From: the human T2T-CHM13v2.0 reference genome, Homo sapiens
Length of the DNA stretch: 64,000 nucleotides
Strand: one strand, 5' to 3'
Assembly: GCF_009914755.1 (NCBI RefSeq)
Contig: NC_060936.1
Below the pieces are notes generated by a model. It was given only the letters and a program-made list of their open reading frames with translations, ran no database searches and was not told where the DNA came from. Shown piece by piece: positions 1-64,000 of the stretch (the first letter of the stretch is position 1; each line of letters begins with the position of its first letter). The position numbers and the translations under genes were made by a program.

Positions 1-615
<615 letters not shown>

Positions 616-669
616 AGCTTAAAAATAAATAATATAAAGAAGAAGATAGTAGGACCTGTCATTTCATGT

Positions 670-1578
670 TGGATCATCAGAGAAGGCTTGCTGTTACGTC
701 ACGTTTGAGCAGAGACCTTAAGAAAGTAAGGAAATAAACTATGCAGATTGTTAGGGAAGAGCATTCCAAGCAAACAGAAAAGCCTATGCAAAGGCCTTGA
801 GGTGGGCAAATGCCAATAGAGTTGGAGTGCATTAAGCTAGGAAAAAGAGATTAGGTAGGAAGTGGTACAGATTATTCTAGAATCTTGCTCCTCAAAATGT
901 GGTCCTCAGATCAGCAGTGTTAATATCAGGATCTCATGATCTGGGAGCTTATTAGAAATGCAGGATGTCAAGGCCCAGGATGTCAAAGCTGCTGAATCAG
1001 GAAATCTGTATTTTAAGAAGATTCCCCCAGGCAATTTGGATGCAATTATAAGCTTGAGAAGCACTGATCTCTAGAGCCTCGTAGATCATGGCAAAAACTT
1101 GAACTTCAGTGTGAATGAACTTGAAAGCCATTGGGTTTTGAGCATGGGAGTGACATGGTCTGACATTTTAAAAGATTCACTGGCGACTGTGTTGAGCAGA
1201 GACTATAAGAGGCAAGGAGAGAAGCAGGGATACTAGTTAAGTGGCTAATACAGTAATACCAAGTAGATTGGACTGGAGGGATAGCAGGGGAAGTGGTGAT
1301 AAAACGACTCAGGATATATTTTCAAAGTAGAGCTTTTACAGGAATGCTGATGGATTGGATTGGATTATAGGGTTAGTAAAGGAATCTGAGATGAGAATGA
1401 TTACAAGGCTTTTTTTTTTTTTTTTTGACAGTCTTGCTCTGTTGGCTCTGTCACCCAGGTTGGCGTGCAGTGGCGTGATCTTGGCTCGCTGCAACCTCTG
1501 CCTCCCAGGTTCAAGCAATTCTCATGCCTCAGCCACCTGAGTATCTAGGATTACAGGTGTGCACCACCACGCCTGGCT

Positions 1579-1615
<37 letters not shown>

Positions 1616-2940
1616 GCAGAGTCTCGCTCTCTCGCCCAGGCTGGAGTGCAGTGGCACCATCTCGGTTCACTGCAAGCTCCGCCTCCCAGGGTCACGACAC
1701 CTGGCTAATTTTTGTATTTTTAGTAGAGATGCGGTTTTGCCGTGTTGTCCAGTCTGGTCTTGAACTTCTGGCCTCAAGTGATCTGCCTGCCTCGGCCTCC
1801 CAAAATGTTGGGATTACAGGCGTGGGCCACCACACCCGGCCTTACAAGGCTTTTTGACTTGAGCAACTAGAAGAATGAAGTTGCCATTTACTGAGATGGG
1901 GTAGCATATGGGAGGGAGAGGTTTAGATTGTTGGTTATGTGAGTGCAGAGTTCAAGGGAGAGGTTGTCAGCTAAAGATACACATTTAGGATTTAATACTC
2001 AGCGTGTAGACAGCACTTAAAGCCATGAGATTGCAGTGAGTGTAGATGGAGAAGAGCAGCAGTTTGAAGACCAAGACCTGAGACAGTCCAGCATTTAGAG
2101 GCTAGGAGGATGAAGAAGAACCAGTAGAAGAAATTAAGAAGCAGTCATTGGGGCAGAAAGCGAATGAAGGAGCTAAATGGACGCTAAATAAAGAGAGTGT
2201 TTCAAAAACAAAAGAGAGGTCAACTGCAGATTAACTACTGGATTTATTGATGTCATAGTCACTGGTAACCTTGACAAAGCTGTTTCAGGAGATGGTGGGG
2301 GCAAAAGCCTGCTAGGAATAGGTTTTTAAGAAAATGGAATGACAGAGATTAGAGATGATGAATTTACATAATGTATTTCTTTTAAGATGGGCAGCATTAT
2401 GTGTGTCTATATTGAGTAGGAATGATCAGAGAGGGAAAAGCTGATGCTGCAGAAGGAAGAGGGAACAGTTGTTGGAGCAGTGCCTTTAGTAGGTAAGAGA
2501 GTACGTGATCTGGTACACGGGGAGGAGATGGCTTTATCAGAACATGGACAGTTTATCCACAGTAGCAAAAAAAAAAGGCAGAGTGTATGTATGGGCATAG
2601 ATGCAACTAGTGCAGGTAAATATAGAGCTTGGGGCAGTTGAAAGTTCTCTTCTGTCTGCTTCTGTTTCCTCAATAGGAAGGGAAAGCCTTTAACTGAGAG
2701 TGAGTTTGGGAAGAAGGTCATGGTGTTATGAGCAGAGGATAGGTGTGAAATAATTGCCTAGAAGAAAACGAATAGACTTGGGAGTACGAATGCCCACTTC
2801 AGGTTAGTAGTCATGAGTTTAACGTAAGACTAGTCAGCTTGTTTCTGTGTTTTTCTCAGGCCATTTTTATTTGTGTGGTCACATGAATGGAGTAACCAGA
2901 AAGTTGGTTTAACCTAGATTTGCCAGGGGAGTATGTGTTG
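670..2940 (-). mobile_element. Degraded L2 fragments interrupted by MER5A (885-1066) and a composite Alu (1410-1842, -)
   Basis: Purine-rich L2-like text; MER5A-like GGGAGCTTATTAGAAATGCAG...TTGAGAAGCACTG; Alu TSD TTACAAGGCTTTTT. Confidence 0.65.
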
Positions 2941-3021
2941 TTGTTGTTGTTAATTAGTGGAATAAGTTACAAGTATCACAGTATCTAACAATAGGGGAAT
3001 AGTAAATTAAGATAGATATAA

Positions 3022-3508
<487 letters not shown>

Positions 3509-3624
3509 TACAAAGGTTTCTAATACACTTACTGTAATGCTAAATTTTAAAAAGCATGACAGAGAAGTGAATATGTGATACAAGCTCAACAATGGAAATA
3601 CGATGTATAGAAAATGGACTGAGA

Positions 3625-4471
<847 letters not shown>

Positions 4472-4526
4472 GCGTGCTAAGTGTTGTTCTGACTGGTTTG
4501 CATGGACTATCTCATTCAGTTTTGAC

Positions 4527-4575
<49 letters not shown>

Positions 4576-4599
4576 TATAGATATATATATATATATATA
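4527..4599. repeat. (TA)n microsatellite
   Basis: About 70 nt of near-perfect TA repeat abutting a Tigger terminal inverted repeat. Confidence 0.95.
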
Positions 4600-7297
<2,698 letters not shown>

Positions 7298-7319
7298 TAG
7301 ACATACATAGGTGCCTTAC

Positions 7320-9430
7320 TTTTCTCCAGTGAGAGGGCCTAAAGGCAGTAATACTCTAATAGAAATGAGTGCAAGTAATGCCTAGAATTTGGCTTCTACA
7401 TACCATTATTCCGTAATAGCCAGGATTCCACCAAGAATGGTTGATTACAGGACTGGGCCAGGGAAAATACAAGATGAGCCCAGAACATCTTTTATTTTAT
7501 TTATTTATTTATTTTTGAGATGGTGCCTCACCATGTTGCCCAGGCGGATCTTGAACTCCTGGGCCCAAGCGATTCTACTGCCTCCACCTCCCAAAGTGCT
7601 GGGATTACAGGCTTGAGCCCAGCCCATCTCATGATACAAGACAGTCAGGGAACAAAAATGAAGGGAGGCTGGGTGCAGTGGCCCATGCCTTTAATCCGAG
7701 TACTTTGGGAGTGTTGGGAATAACACTCAAAATCCTAAGGAAAATGAACATTCAAACAAAGGATTCTTAGGAAAGCAATTTTACTTCTCTGCAGAGGGGT
7801 GCCTCTCCTTGGCCAGTCGCCGTGAAAGCACACCTGAACAAAGGGGCACGAGAGCCTTTATTCCTGACGCAAGTCCTGCCCCTGTACCCTTTTCCCATTT
7901 GCCGGGGTCGGGTTGCACAATTAGCCCAATTGGCTAAACATCTGAACTTTCTTTAGATAAGGTGGGCACATAAGGGAGAGAGGGGAAAAGGTGAAGGGGT
8001 GTCTGCAATGATCTAGAGAGCTAGTCTTCTTTCCAAATAAGGGAAGGAATAGTAATAGTAAGAAATAGTAAGAAAGAAAATAAAGAAATAGTAATAAAGG
8101 AAAGCTAGTCTTCTTTCCAAATAAGGAAAGGAATGTGAGCTGGTACTGATAAGCCTGGTACTGTGGCGTGTCCAGGCATGTAACAAAGGCAGAAACGAAA
8201 AAAAGAGAAAAAGGAAAAAAGGTTGTGGGGGAGTGCTATGAATTAAAGAATAGAGGATTGATCAGGCTATTTGAAGAGAAACCTCATCATATCCCACAGG
8301 AGGCTGAGGCAGCAGATCAGTTGATCCCAGGAGTTCGAGACCAGCCTGGGCACCAAAGTGAGACCCTGTCGCTACAAAAAATTAACAGAAAAAAAAATTA
8401 GCTGGGCCGGGCGCAGTGGCTCACGCCTGTAATCCCAGAACTTTGGGAGGCCGAGGCAGGTGGATCATGAGATCAAGACCATCCTGGCTAACATGGTGCA
8501 ACCCCGTCTCTACTAAAAATAAAAAAAATTAGCCAGGCGTTGTGGCACGCACCTGTAGTCCTAGCTACGTGGGAGGCTGAGGCAGTAGGGAGTAGGCAGT
8601 AGGATCGCCTGAGCCCAGGAGGTCAAGGCTACAGTGAGCTATGTTTGCACCACTGCATTCTGGCCTGGGCAACAAAGCAAGACCCTATCTTGAAAAAAAC
8701 AAAAAAATGGAAGCATGTTCAAAGGACACAGGCCAAGTTGAAGGAGATCGCAGAGACCAAGTATGGGACAATTTGAGCAGGAAAATAAATAGTAATAGTA
8801 ATGGATTAAAGCACAGAATAAGACAAATATCCCTAAGTCCATTCTGCTATAAATAAGTGAATAACTAAATAAAGGGAAAGGGACAGCTAATCGTTACAAT
8901 AGCATTCCCATTAGTAAATGTAGAAGGAATAATAGAGATAGAAAATCACCATTTAGTAAACACCACAGCAGTAATTGTGGCAGGCAAGAATCATTCATGG
9001 ATGCTTCAATTAGTGGGCAAAAATGTGATGTGAAACAGGACATTTACGTAGTCTGAAAGTATCTTCCCACAAAAATACTGGTTGCAAAGGGGAAAATAAT
9101 AATGTTACAGTGGAGAAATGTGGCAGACACTACGAAGTGATCAAAGTTAACATCAGCAGTAATAAGACATTCACTTCATGCACCTCTTGATACGATGCCT
9201 GAGGACCAACCCTCCCTTCTGCTGTAATCTTACGAAAATACATAACTTCAATATAATCGCGAGAAAACAGGCCAACCCAAATTGAGGGACATTGTACAAA
9301 ATAAGTGACAAGTACTCTTCAAAGAAGTGTCAAGATGATGAAAGATAAAGACTGGAGGAGAGGAAGGAGACCTGACAACTAAGTGCATTGTGGGATCCTG
9401 AAGCAGAAAAAGGACACAAATAGGATAAAC
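7320..9430 (+). mobile_element. Old L1 (L1MC-like) 3' end fragments, interrupted by FLAM (7490-7625, -), Alu/LTR (7667-8405) and Alu (8405-8707, +)
   Basis: L1MC-type 3'UTR phrases (TACAGTGGAGAAA...GGCAGACAC...AAGTGATCAAAGTTAACATCA). Confidence 0.6.
7712..8298 (-). mobile_element. ERV1 solo LTR, LTR10-like, inserted into an old Alu
   Basis: TG...CA termini and a 4-bp TSD GGAG splitting the Alu motif ACTTTGGGAG|GCTGAGGC. The subfamily name is from memory. Confidence 0.75.
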
Positions 9431-9518
9431 TTTTTTTTTTTTTTTAAAAGATCCTGAGTTTGTGTTCCCTCCTAACTACTGTAAGTTGGACAAGTCATAT
9501 AACTACTCTAAGGTGTAA

Positions 9519-9930
<412 letters not shown>

Positions 9931-10072
9931 TAGGTTACATTGAAGTGAACTGTTTGTCTCTTTTTTGTGATTCTACCAATAAAAGCAATAAACCTAGTTT
10001 TCTGCCATGGATAGAATTTACTGAAAAGGTTTCTCTTCCCTCCAAATTGATTTGTTTTTTCCATCTTCATAG

Positions 10073-31768
<21,696 letters not shown>

Positions 31769-32311
31769 GAAGTCTGTTCCTGTCCTCCCTGTGCAGGGTA
31801 TCCTGTAGGGTGACCTGGAATTCGAATTCTGTTTCCCTTGTAAAATATTTGTCTGTCTCTTTTTTAAAAAAAAAAAAAAGGCCGGGCACTGTGGCTCACG
31901 CCTGTAATCCCAGCACTTTGCGATACCAAGGCGGGTGGATAACCTGAGGTAGGGAGTTCGAGACCAGCCTGACCAACATGGAGAAACCCCATCTCTACTA
32001 AAAATAAAAAATTAGCCGGGCGTATTGGCGTGCGCCTGTAATCCCAGCTACTCAAGAGGCTGAGGCAGGAGAATCGCCTGAACCCAGAGGCGGAGGTTGT
32101 AGTGAGCCGAAATCACACCATTGCACTCCAGCTTGGGCAACAATAGCGAACCTCCATCTCAAATTAAAAAAAAAATGCCTACACGCTCTTTAAAATGCAA
32201 GGCTTTCTCTTAAATTAGCCTAACTGAACTGCGTTGAGCTGCTTCAACTTTGGAATATATGTTTGCCAATCTCCTTGTTTTCTAATGAATAAATGTTTTT
32301 ATATACTTTTA
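31769..32311 (+). other. NCAPD2: NCAPD2 3'UTR with sense Alu (31880-32175) and AATAAA at 32288-32293
   Basis: Follows the stop codon. Canonical poly(A) signal with U-rich sequence downstream; the cleavage site is approximate. Confidence 0.8.
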
Positions 32312-32550
32312 GACATTTTTTCCTAAGCTTGTCTTTGTTTCATCTTTCACATTAGCCCAGTTTCATGCAGCAGAGAGAGGGTTATCAGTGCAGAGAGAGA
32401 TGAGTGAGCCCAGAGTCCTAGGGCCTGTCCCGGGATGGCAGATGAGCTTCCTGCCCCGTCACTGCCACCTTTCCCCTCTCAACCTCTGGACCCTGCACAG
32501 TGACCAGACAGCCTCTCTGGGGAGAATTATGCAGTGCCTAGGCTCCAGAT

Positions 32551-32766
32551 CAGTGCTTCTGAACCGGGGGCAATTTTGTCTGCCAGAGGACATCTGACAA
32601 CACCTGGGGCCTGTTTTGTTGTCATAGCCTATAGGGGAAGAATGCTACCAGCATTTGTGGGAAGAGGCCAGGGATGTGGCTCAACATCCTGCAGTGCACA
32701 GGATGGCCCCTCAACAAAGAATCACACGGCCCACAATGTCAATAGCGTCACAGTTGAGAAAACCTG
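32551..32766. mobile_element. MER20 (hAT-Charlie)
   Basis: CAGTGCTTCTGAAC...GTTGAGAAAACCTG ends, internal AGAGGCCAGGGATG, degenerate 8-bp TSD CTCCAGAT/CTCTAGAC. Confidence 0.8.
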
Positions 32767-34279
32767 CTCTAGACCAAGGGTTGCTTTCTGCCGTGTGCCT
32801 CACCCCACCCCCACTCGTGTTCCCTAATCCCATCTCCAAAGGTTGGCAGCAGACCGGCCCAGGCTCGTGGAAGTTCAGATCATGATCCCCTCCAGCTCTG
32901 CAGGAGACAAGACCTGTCTCCCAGCATTCCTCATTGTTCCCGGGTCTGCAGAGGGCGTGAGCTATGCTGCAGGCGGGCTGCCCCCTGAAGCCTGCGCACC
33001 CCTCTCCAGCTCCTCAAGTCTTCTCTGCTGAGTCACCTTCGAACCGGAGGCTGTGAGCTGGCTGTCGTGACCACACTGGTGCCTCTGCTGTCATGACAAC
33101 AGCACACTACGTCAGTAGTGCTCCCTGGGCACTGAGCTCCCTCTTTGCGGGGAGAAGACAGTAATGAAAAATGACAAGCATGAGGCAGAGGGGAAGATCA
33201 CGCTTGGGTGGTGCAGGAGCATGGAGGTGCTCTTAATGCTCTCAATGAGAAAGGGTTAACGGTCCTGGTTGCAGGAATAGCTGAGTCAGAGGTGGGGCTT
33301 CCTCCACTCCCCCACCCCACCCCTTTCACCATTAGGGACCTTCTTGCCTTGCTCTTGCTACTCTGCTCTGGGTGGTCATTGTGAAAAGCCCGCACCAACC
33401 ATGCCAGTGGCAGCCAGACGAGGACACAGCCTGGCTCTGGGTCCCAGCAGGAAAGGCAATCCCAGAAAGGCAGGGTCAGGGACTGGAGTCCTGTGGGTGC
33501 TTTTTAAGCAAAGATTATCACCAGGCAGGCTAAACTTAGCAACCGGCTTTTAGCTAGAAGGGCAGGGGGCTGGTGTCAGGTTATGCTGGGCCAGCAAAGA
33601 GGCCCGGGATCCCCCTCCCATGCACCTGCTGATGGGCCAAGGCCACCCCACCCCACCCCCTTCCTTACAAGTGTTCAGCACCCTCCCATCCCACACTCAC
33701 AAACCTGGCCCTCTGCCCTCCTACCAGAAGAATGGATCCCCTGTGGGAGGGGGCAGGGGACCTGTTCCCACCGTGTGCCCAAGACCTCTTTTCCCACTTT
33801 TTCCCTCTTCTTGACTCACCCTGCCCTCAATATCCCCCGGCGCAGCCAGTGAAAGGGAGTCCCTGGCTCCTGGCTCGCCTGCACGTCCCAGGGCGGGGAG
33901 GGACTTCCGCCCTCACGTCCCGCTCTTCGCCCCAGGCTGGATGGAATGAAAGGCACACTGTCTCTCTCCCTAGGCAGCACAGCCCACAGGTTTCCAGGAG
34001 TGCCTTTGTGGGAGGCCTCTGGGCCCCCACCAGCCATCCTGTCCTCCGCCTGGGGCCCCAGCCCGGAGAGAGCCGCTGGTGCACACAGGGCCGGGATTGT
34101 CTGCCCTAATTATCAGGTCCAGGCTACAGGGCTGCAGGACATCGTGACCTTCCGTGCAGAAACCTCCCCCTCCCCCTCAAGCCGCCTCCCGAGCCTCCTT
34201 CCTCTCCAGGCCCCCAGTGCCCAGTGCCCAGTGCCCAGCCCAGGCCTCGGTCCCAGAGATGCCAGGAGCCAGGAGATGG

Positions 34280-34872
34280 GGAGGGGGAAGTGGGGGCTGG
34301 GAAGGAACCACGGGCCCCCGCCCGAGGCCCATGGGCCCCTCCTAGGCCTTTGCCTGAGCAGTCCGGTGTCACTACCGCAGAGCCTCGAGGAGAAGTTCCC
34401 CAACTTTCCCGCCTCTCAGCCTTTGAAAGAAAGAAAGGGGAGGGGGCAGGCCGCGTGCAGCCGCGAGCGGTGCTGGGCTCCGGCTCCAATTCCCCATCTC
34501 AGTCGTTCCCAAAGTCCTCCTGTTTCATCCAAGCGTGTAAGGGTCCCCGTCCTTGACTCCCTAGTGTCCTGCTGCCCACAGTCCAGTCCTGGGAACCAGC
34601 ACCGATCACCTCCCATCGGGCCAATCTCAGTCCCTTCCCCCCTACGTCGGGGCCCACACGCTCGGTGCGTGCCCAGTTGAACCAGGCGGCTGCGGAAAAA
34701 AAAAAGCGGGGAGAAAGTAGGGCCCGGCTACTAGCGGTTTTACGGGCGCACGTAGCTCAGGCCTCAAGACCTTGGGCTGGGACTGGCTGAGCCTGGCGGG
34801 AGGCGGGGTCCGAGTCACCGCCTGCCGCCGCGCCCCCGGTTTCTATAAATTGAGCCCGCAGCCTCCCGCTTC
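34280..34872 (+). promoter_or_regulatory. GAPDH: GAPDH promoter (CpG island continues to ~35760)
   Basis: TATAAA 34844-49 about 29 nt before exon 1; CCAAT at 34486-90 and 34621-25; HRE core CACGT 34749-53 (TACGTG on - strand); GC box GGCGGG near 34795-34808; high CpG density. Confidence 0.9.
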
Positions 34873-34925
34873 GCTCTCTGCTCCTCCTGTTCGACAGTCA
34901 GCCGCATCTTCTTTTGCGTCGCCAG
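34873..34925 (+). other. GAPDH: GAPDH non-coding exon 1
   Basis: GCTCTCTGCTCCTCC...GTCGCCAG followed by donor GTGAAG; splices to acceptor at 35166 ahead of ATG 35189. Confidence 0.88.
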
Positions 34926-35188
34926 GTGAAGACGGGCGGAGAGAAACCCGGGAGGCTAGGGACGGCCTGAAGGCGGCAGGGGCGGGCGCAGGCCGGATGT
35001 GTTCGCGCCGCTGCGGGGTGGGCCCGGGCGGCCTCCGCATTGCAGGGGCGGGCGGAGGACGTGATGCGGCGCGGGCTGGGCATGGAGGCCTGGTGGGGGA
35101 GGGGAGGGGAGGCGTGTGTGTCGGCCGGGGCCACTAGGCGCTCACTGTTCTCTCCCTCCGCGCAGCCGAGCCACATCGCTCAGACACC

Positions 35189-38620
<3,432 letters not shown>

Positions 38621-38703
38621 TGAATCTCCCCTCCTCACAGTTGCCATGTAGACCCCTTGAAGAGGGGAGGGGCCTAGGGAGCCGCACCTTGTCATGTACC
38701 ATC

Positions 38704-38727
38704 AATAAAGTACCCTGTGCTCAACCA
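38704..38727 (+). terminator. GAPDH: GAPDH poly(A) signal and cleavage region
   Basis: AATAAA 38704-09, CA ~18 nt downstream, then GU/U-rich sequence. Confidence 0.9.
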
Positions 38728-39884
38728 GTTACTTGTCCTGTCTTATTCTAGGGTCTGGGGCAGAGGGGAGGGAAGCTGGGCTTGTGTCAAGGTGAGACAT
38801 TCTTGCTGGGGAGGGACCTGGTATGTTCTCCTCAGACTGAGGGTAGGGCCTCCAAACAGCCTTGCTTGCTTCGAGAACCATTTGCTTCCCGCTCAGACGT
38901 CTTGAGTGCTACAGGAAGCTGGCACCACTACTTCAGAGAACAAGGCCTTTTCCTCTCCTCGCTCCAGTCCTAGGCTATCTGCTGTTGGCCAAACATGGAA
39001 GAAGCTATTCTGTGGGCAGCCCCAGGGAGGCTGACAGGTGGAGGAAGTCAGGGCTCGCACTGGGCTCTGACGCTGACTGGTTAGTGGAGCTCAGCCTGGA
39101 GCTGAGCTGCAGCGGGCAATTCCAGCTTGGCCTCCGCAGCTGTGAGGTCTTGAGCACGTGCTCTATTGCTTTCTGTGCCCTCGTGTCTTATCTGAGGACA
39201 TCGTGGCCAGCCCCTAAGGTCTTCAAGCAGGATTCATCTAGGTAAACCAAGTACCTAAAACCATGCCCAAGGCGGTAAGGACTATATAATGTTTAAAAAT
39301 CGGTAAAAATGCCCACCTCGCATAGTTTTGAGGAAGATGAACTGAGATGTGTCAGGGTGACTTATTTCCATCATCGTCCTTAGGGGAACTTGGGTAGGGG
39401 CAAGGCGTGTAGCTGGGACCTAGGTCCAGACCCCTGGCTCTGCCACTGAACGGCTCAGTTGCTTTGGGCAGTTACTCCCGGGCCTCACTTTGCACGTGTG
39501 CTTACCTAGTGGAGACAAAAGTACATACCTCGGTAGAGCGCGCACGCCTGTAACCCCAGCACTTTGGGAGGCCAAGGTGGGTGTATCACCTGAGGTCAGG
39601 AGTTTGAGACCAGCCTGGCCAACATGGTGAAACTCCGTCTCTACTAAAATTACAAAAATCAGCCAGGCTTCATGGCACATGCCTATAGTCCCAGCTACAG
39701 GCATGCTGAAGCAGGAGAATCGCTTGCACCCCGGAGGCAGAGGCTGCAGTGAGCTGAGACCACACCACTGCACTCCAGCCTAGGCAACAGAGTATGAGAC
39801 TCCATCTCAAAAAAAAAAAAAGTACCTACCTCAGAGTTCAAACTAGTGAATATTAGGAAGTGCTTGAGACAGTGACACCAAAGT

Positions 39885-40838
39885 GCACAATAAATACTCG
39901 CCAGTTTCATTATTATTAAAGAATCCATTTGAATGTCAGCTCAACACAGCCTCCTATACCGAGGCATTGTGAACCGCATCTCCCCAGCTTCTCCAGGCTT
40001 TTCCAAGAATCAGGGACACTGTAGCCTGTTGGTCTCAGTGTATGACAGACACGGAGGAAGCACATCTTTAGCTGATACTTAAACAGAGACCCTGAGCGCA
40101 CATACACCCGCGCACACATGCATGGAGCTTCACCTTCTCTGTCATTCTGCAGTGACCAGGAGAGCAAGAGCTCCCACCTCCCTTCAAAACACTGTGCCCA
40201 TCCCGGGCACTAAGGCCTCTTTAAAGCACGGCACCTCCACGAGGGAGGGCCACAGCCACATACACTCCACCTGGCAGGTGGACAGCGTGAGCATGTGGAC
40301 CATAGCAGGGACAAGGTGCCCCGGCCAGCCCCAACGCCCTCTGCCGCTGACAGGGACAGAAGCCCTCTCCAGCTGCGTGTGCTGCAGAGGCCATGCGTAG
40401 CCTCCAGCTGCATTCTATTCCACTCCAGTGCCTGGGCCAGTTAGCACCAGTGTGGAAGACAGTGAGCTGGCTCCGGACAACAGGGATGGAGGAAAGGTCC
40501 CACATTCACATTCCTGATACGTGGACAAGGTGAGGGGCCGCAATCGCTCTGGCAGCATTTTAAAGATGGGGAAGTAGCAGACACCCACGCGTGAAGGCAG
40601 GAGAGCCCCAACTGTGGTGGAAATGGCCCCAGAATGGTAGGGCCAAGCCTAGCTCCAGACACCCCAGAGCCCTGGAGAAGCCAAGACTGAGGGAGAAAGC
40701 CTGAGGGAGGAGCGCCCCAGTCCCCAGGGACCGGCCTGGTGCAGAGCTGCAGCTGATGTTCCCCTCTGTGCAGCCCCACCCTCTGCCTCGCTGAGCTCCC
40801 TGCTGCGAGGGCCTCGGGTGCAAGGGGGAGGCAGGTCT
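39885..40838 (-). other. IFFO1: IFFO1 3'UTR (proximal end inferred)
   Basis: Downstream of TAG. Variant signal AATAATAATGAA on - strand (+39906-39917) followed by GU-rich TTGTGCACTTTGGTGT; the exact end is inferred. Confidence 0.6.
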
Positions 40839-56600
<15,762 letters not shown>

Positions 56601-56703
56601 TGATGAGGGGAGCCACCGCCTGGACTCCAGCCGGGGTGGCGTAAAGCCCAGGACCTCCAGTACCCCATGGGTTCTGGTGGCAAGCCCATCTCCCCTACAC
56701 GAC

Positions 56704-56999
<296 letters not shown>

Positions 57000-57226
57000 T
57001 TCCCCTACACTTCTATTGCCCTCCTCTCCCCGGAGTTCAATCACCCCTAGCTCTGACTCCAGGGCTTTCCCTTCCTGGGAAAACCCAAGGATGCAGGAGC
57101 CTAAAACTGACCTTATTTCTCAGTAGCACCCAACCATTCCCTCTCCTCAGAAGATCCCAGTCCCACCTCCCATCTTTACCCTTAAAGCGGCAAAGGCAGC
57201 ACCCAGTTCCCTCAAAAATACTCAGT

Positions 57227-57351
57227 GGCCAGAGGTTTTAAAATGTGTATTAAATTTCATGGGTATGCACAGTAGAGAAGGCATCCTCACAGAGGCAAGA
57301 GTTCCAACCTGGTGACAATGGCAGTGAGCCACCCGTCTAGTTTTCAACCAT
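57227..57351 (-). terminator. NOP2: NOP2 short 3'UTR with variant poly(A) signal AATACA
   Basis: AATACA on - strand at +57246-51; no AATAAA nearby; the cleavage site is approximate. Confidence 0.6.

Positions 57352-64000
<6,649 letters not shown>

Noticed and set aside
34213-34238. (CCCAGTG)3 short tandem repeat upstream of GAPDH
   Set aside because: Too short to support any function from sequence alone.

Overview
Human-type (primate) genomic DNA that I recognise as the NCAPD2-GAPDH-IFFO1-NOP2 locus of 12p13.31. On the + strand are NCAPD2 (30 coding exons from 10073 to the stop at 31768; the 5' exons lie upstream of the window), its intronic scaRNA SCARNA10/U85 (10578-10907) and the complete GAPDH gene (34873-38727). 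On the - strand are the complete IFFO1 gene (CDS 56388 to 40839) and the 3' half of NOP2 (window end to stop at 57352), including its AT-AC U12-type intron. I traced all exon chains by hand. Splice phases close, giving 335 aa for GAPDH and 571 aa for IFFO1. Introns are packed with Alu, L2/MIR, old L1, MaLR/ERV1 LTR and Tigger/hAT relics, and nearly all short ORFs in the ORF track are Alu-derived or antisense shadows. I see no evidence of a large novel gene system or foreign insert. The best leads for something undescribed are small: (1) a TSD-flanked, polyadenylated 5'-truncated retrocopy of an unidentified Alu-containing 3'UTR in IFFO1 intron 1; (2) a 69-nt box C/D-like element in NCAPD2 intron 22; (3) three in-frame micro-splicing choices in IFFO1, including a 9-nt microexon with an SRRM4-type UGC; (4) an Alu inserted into the branch-point zone of a NOP2 acceptor; (5) a pair of overlapping palindromes next to the last NOP2 branch point. 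Repeat subfamily names and exon numbers come from memory and need RepeatMasker/annotation confirmation.
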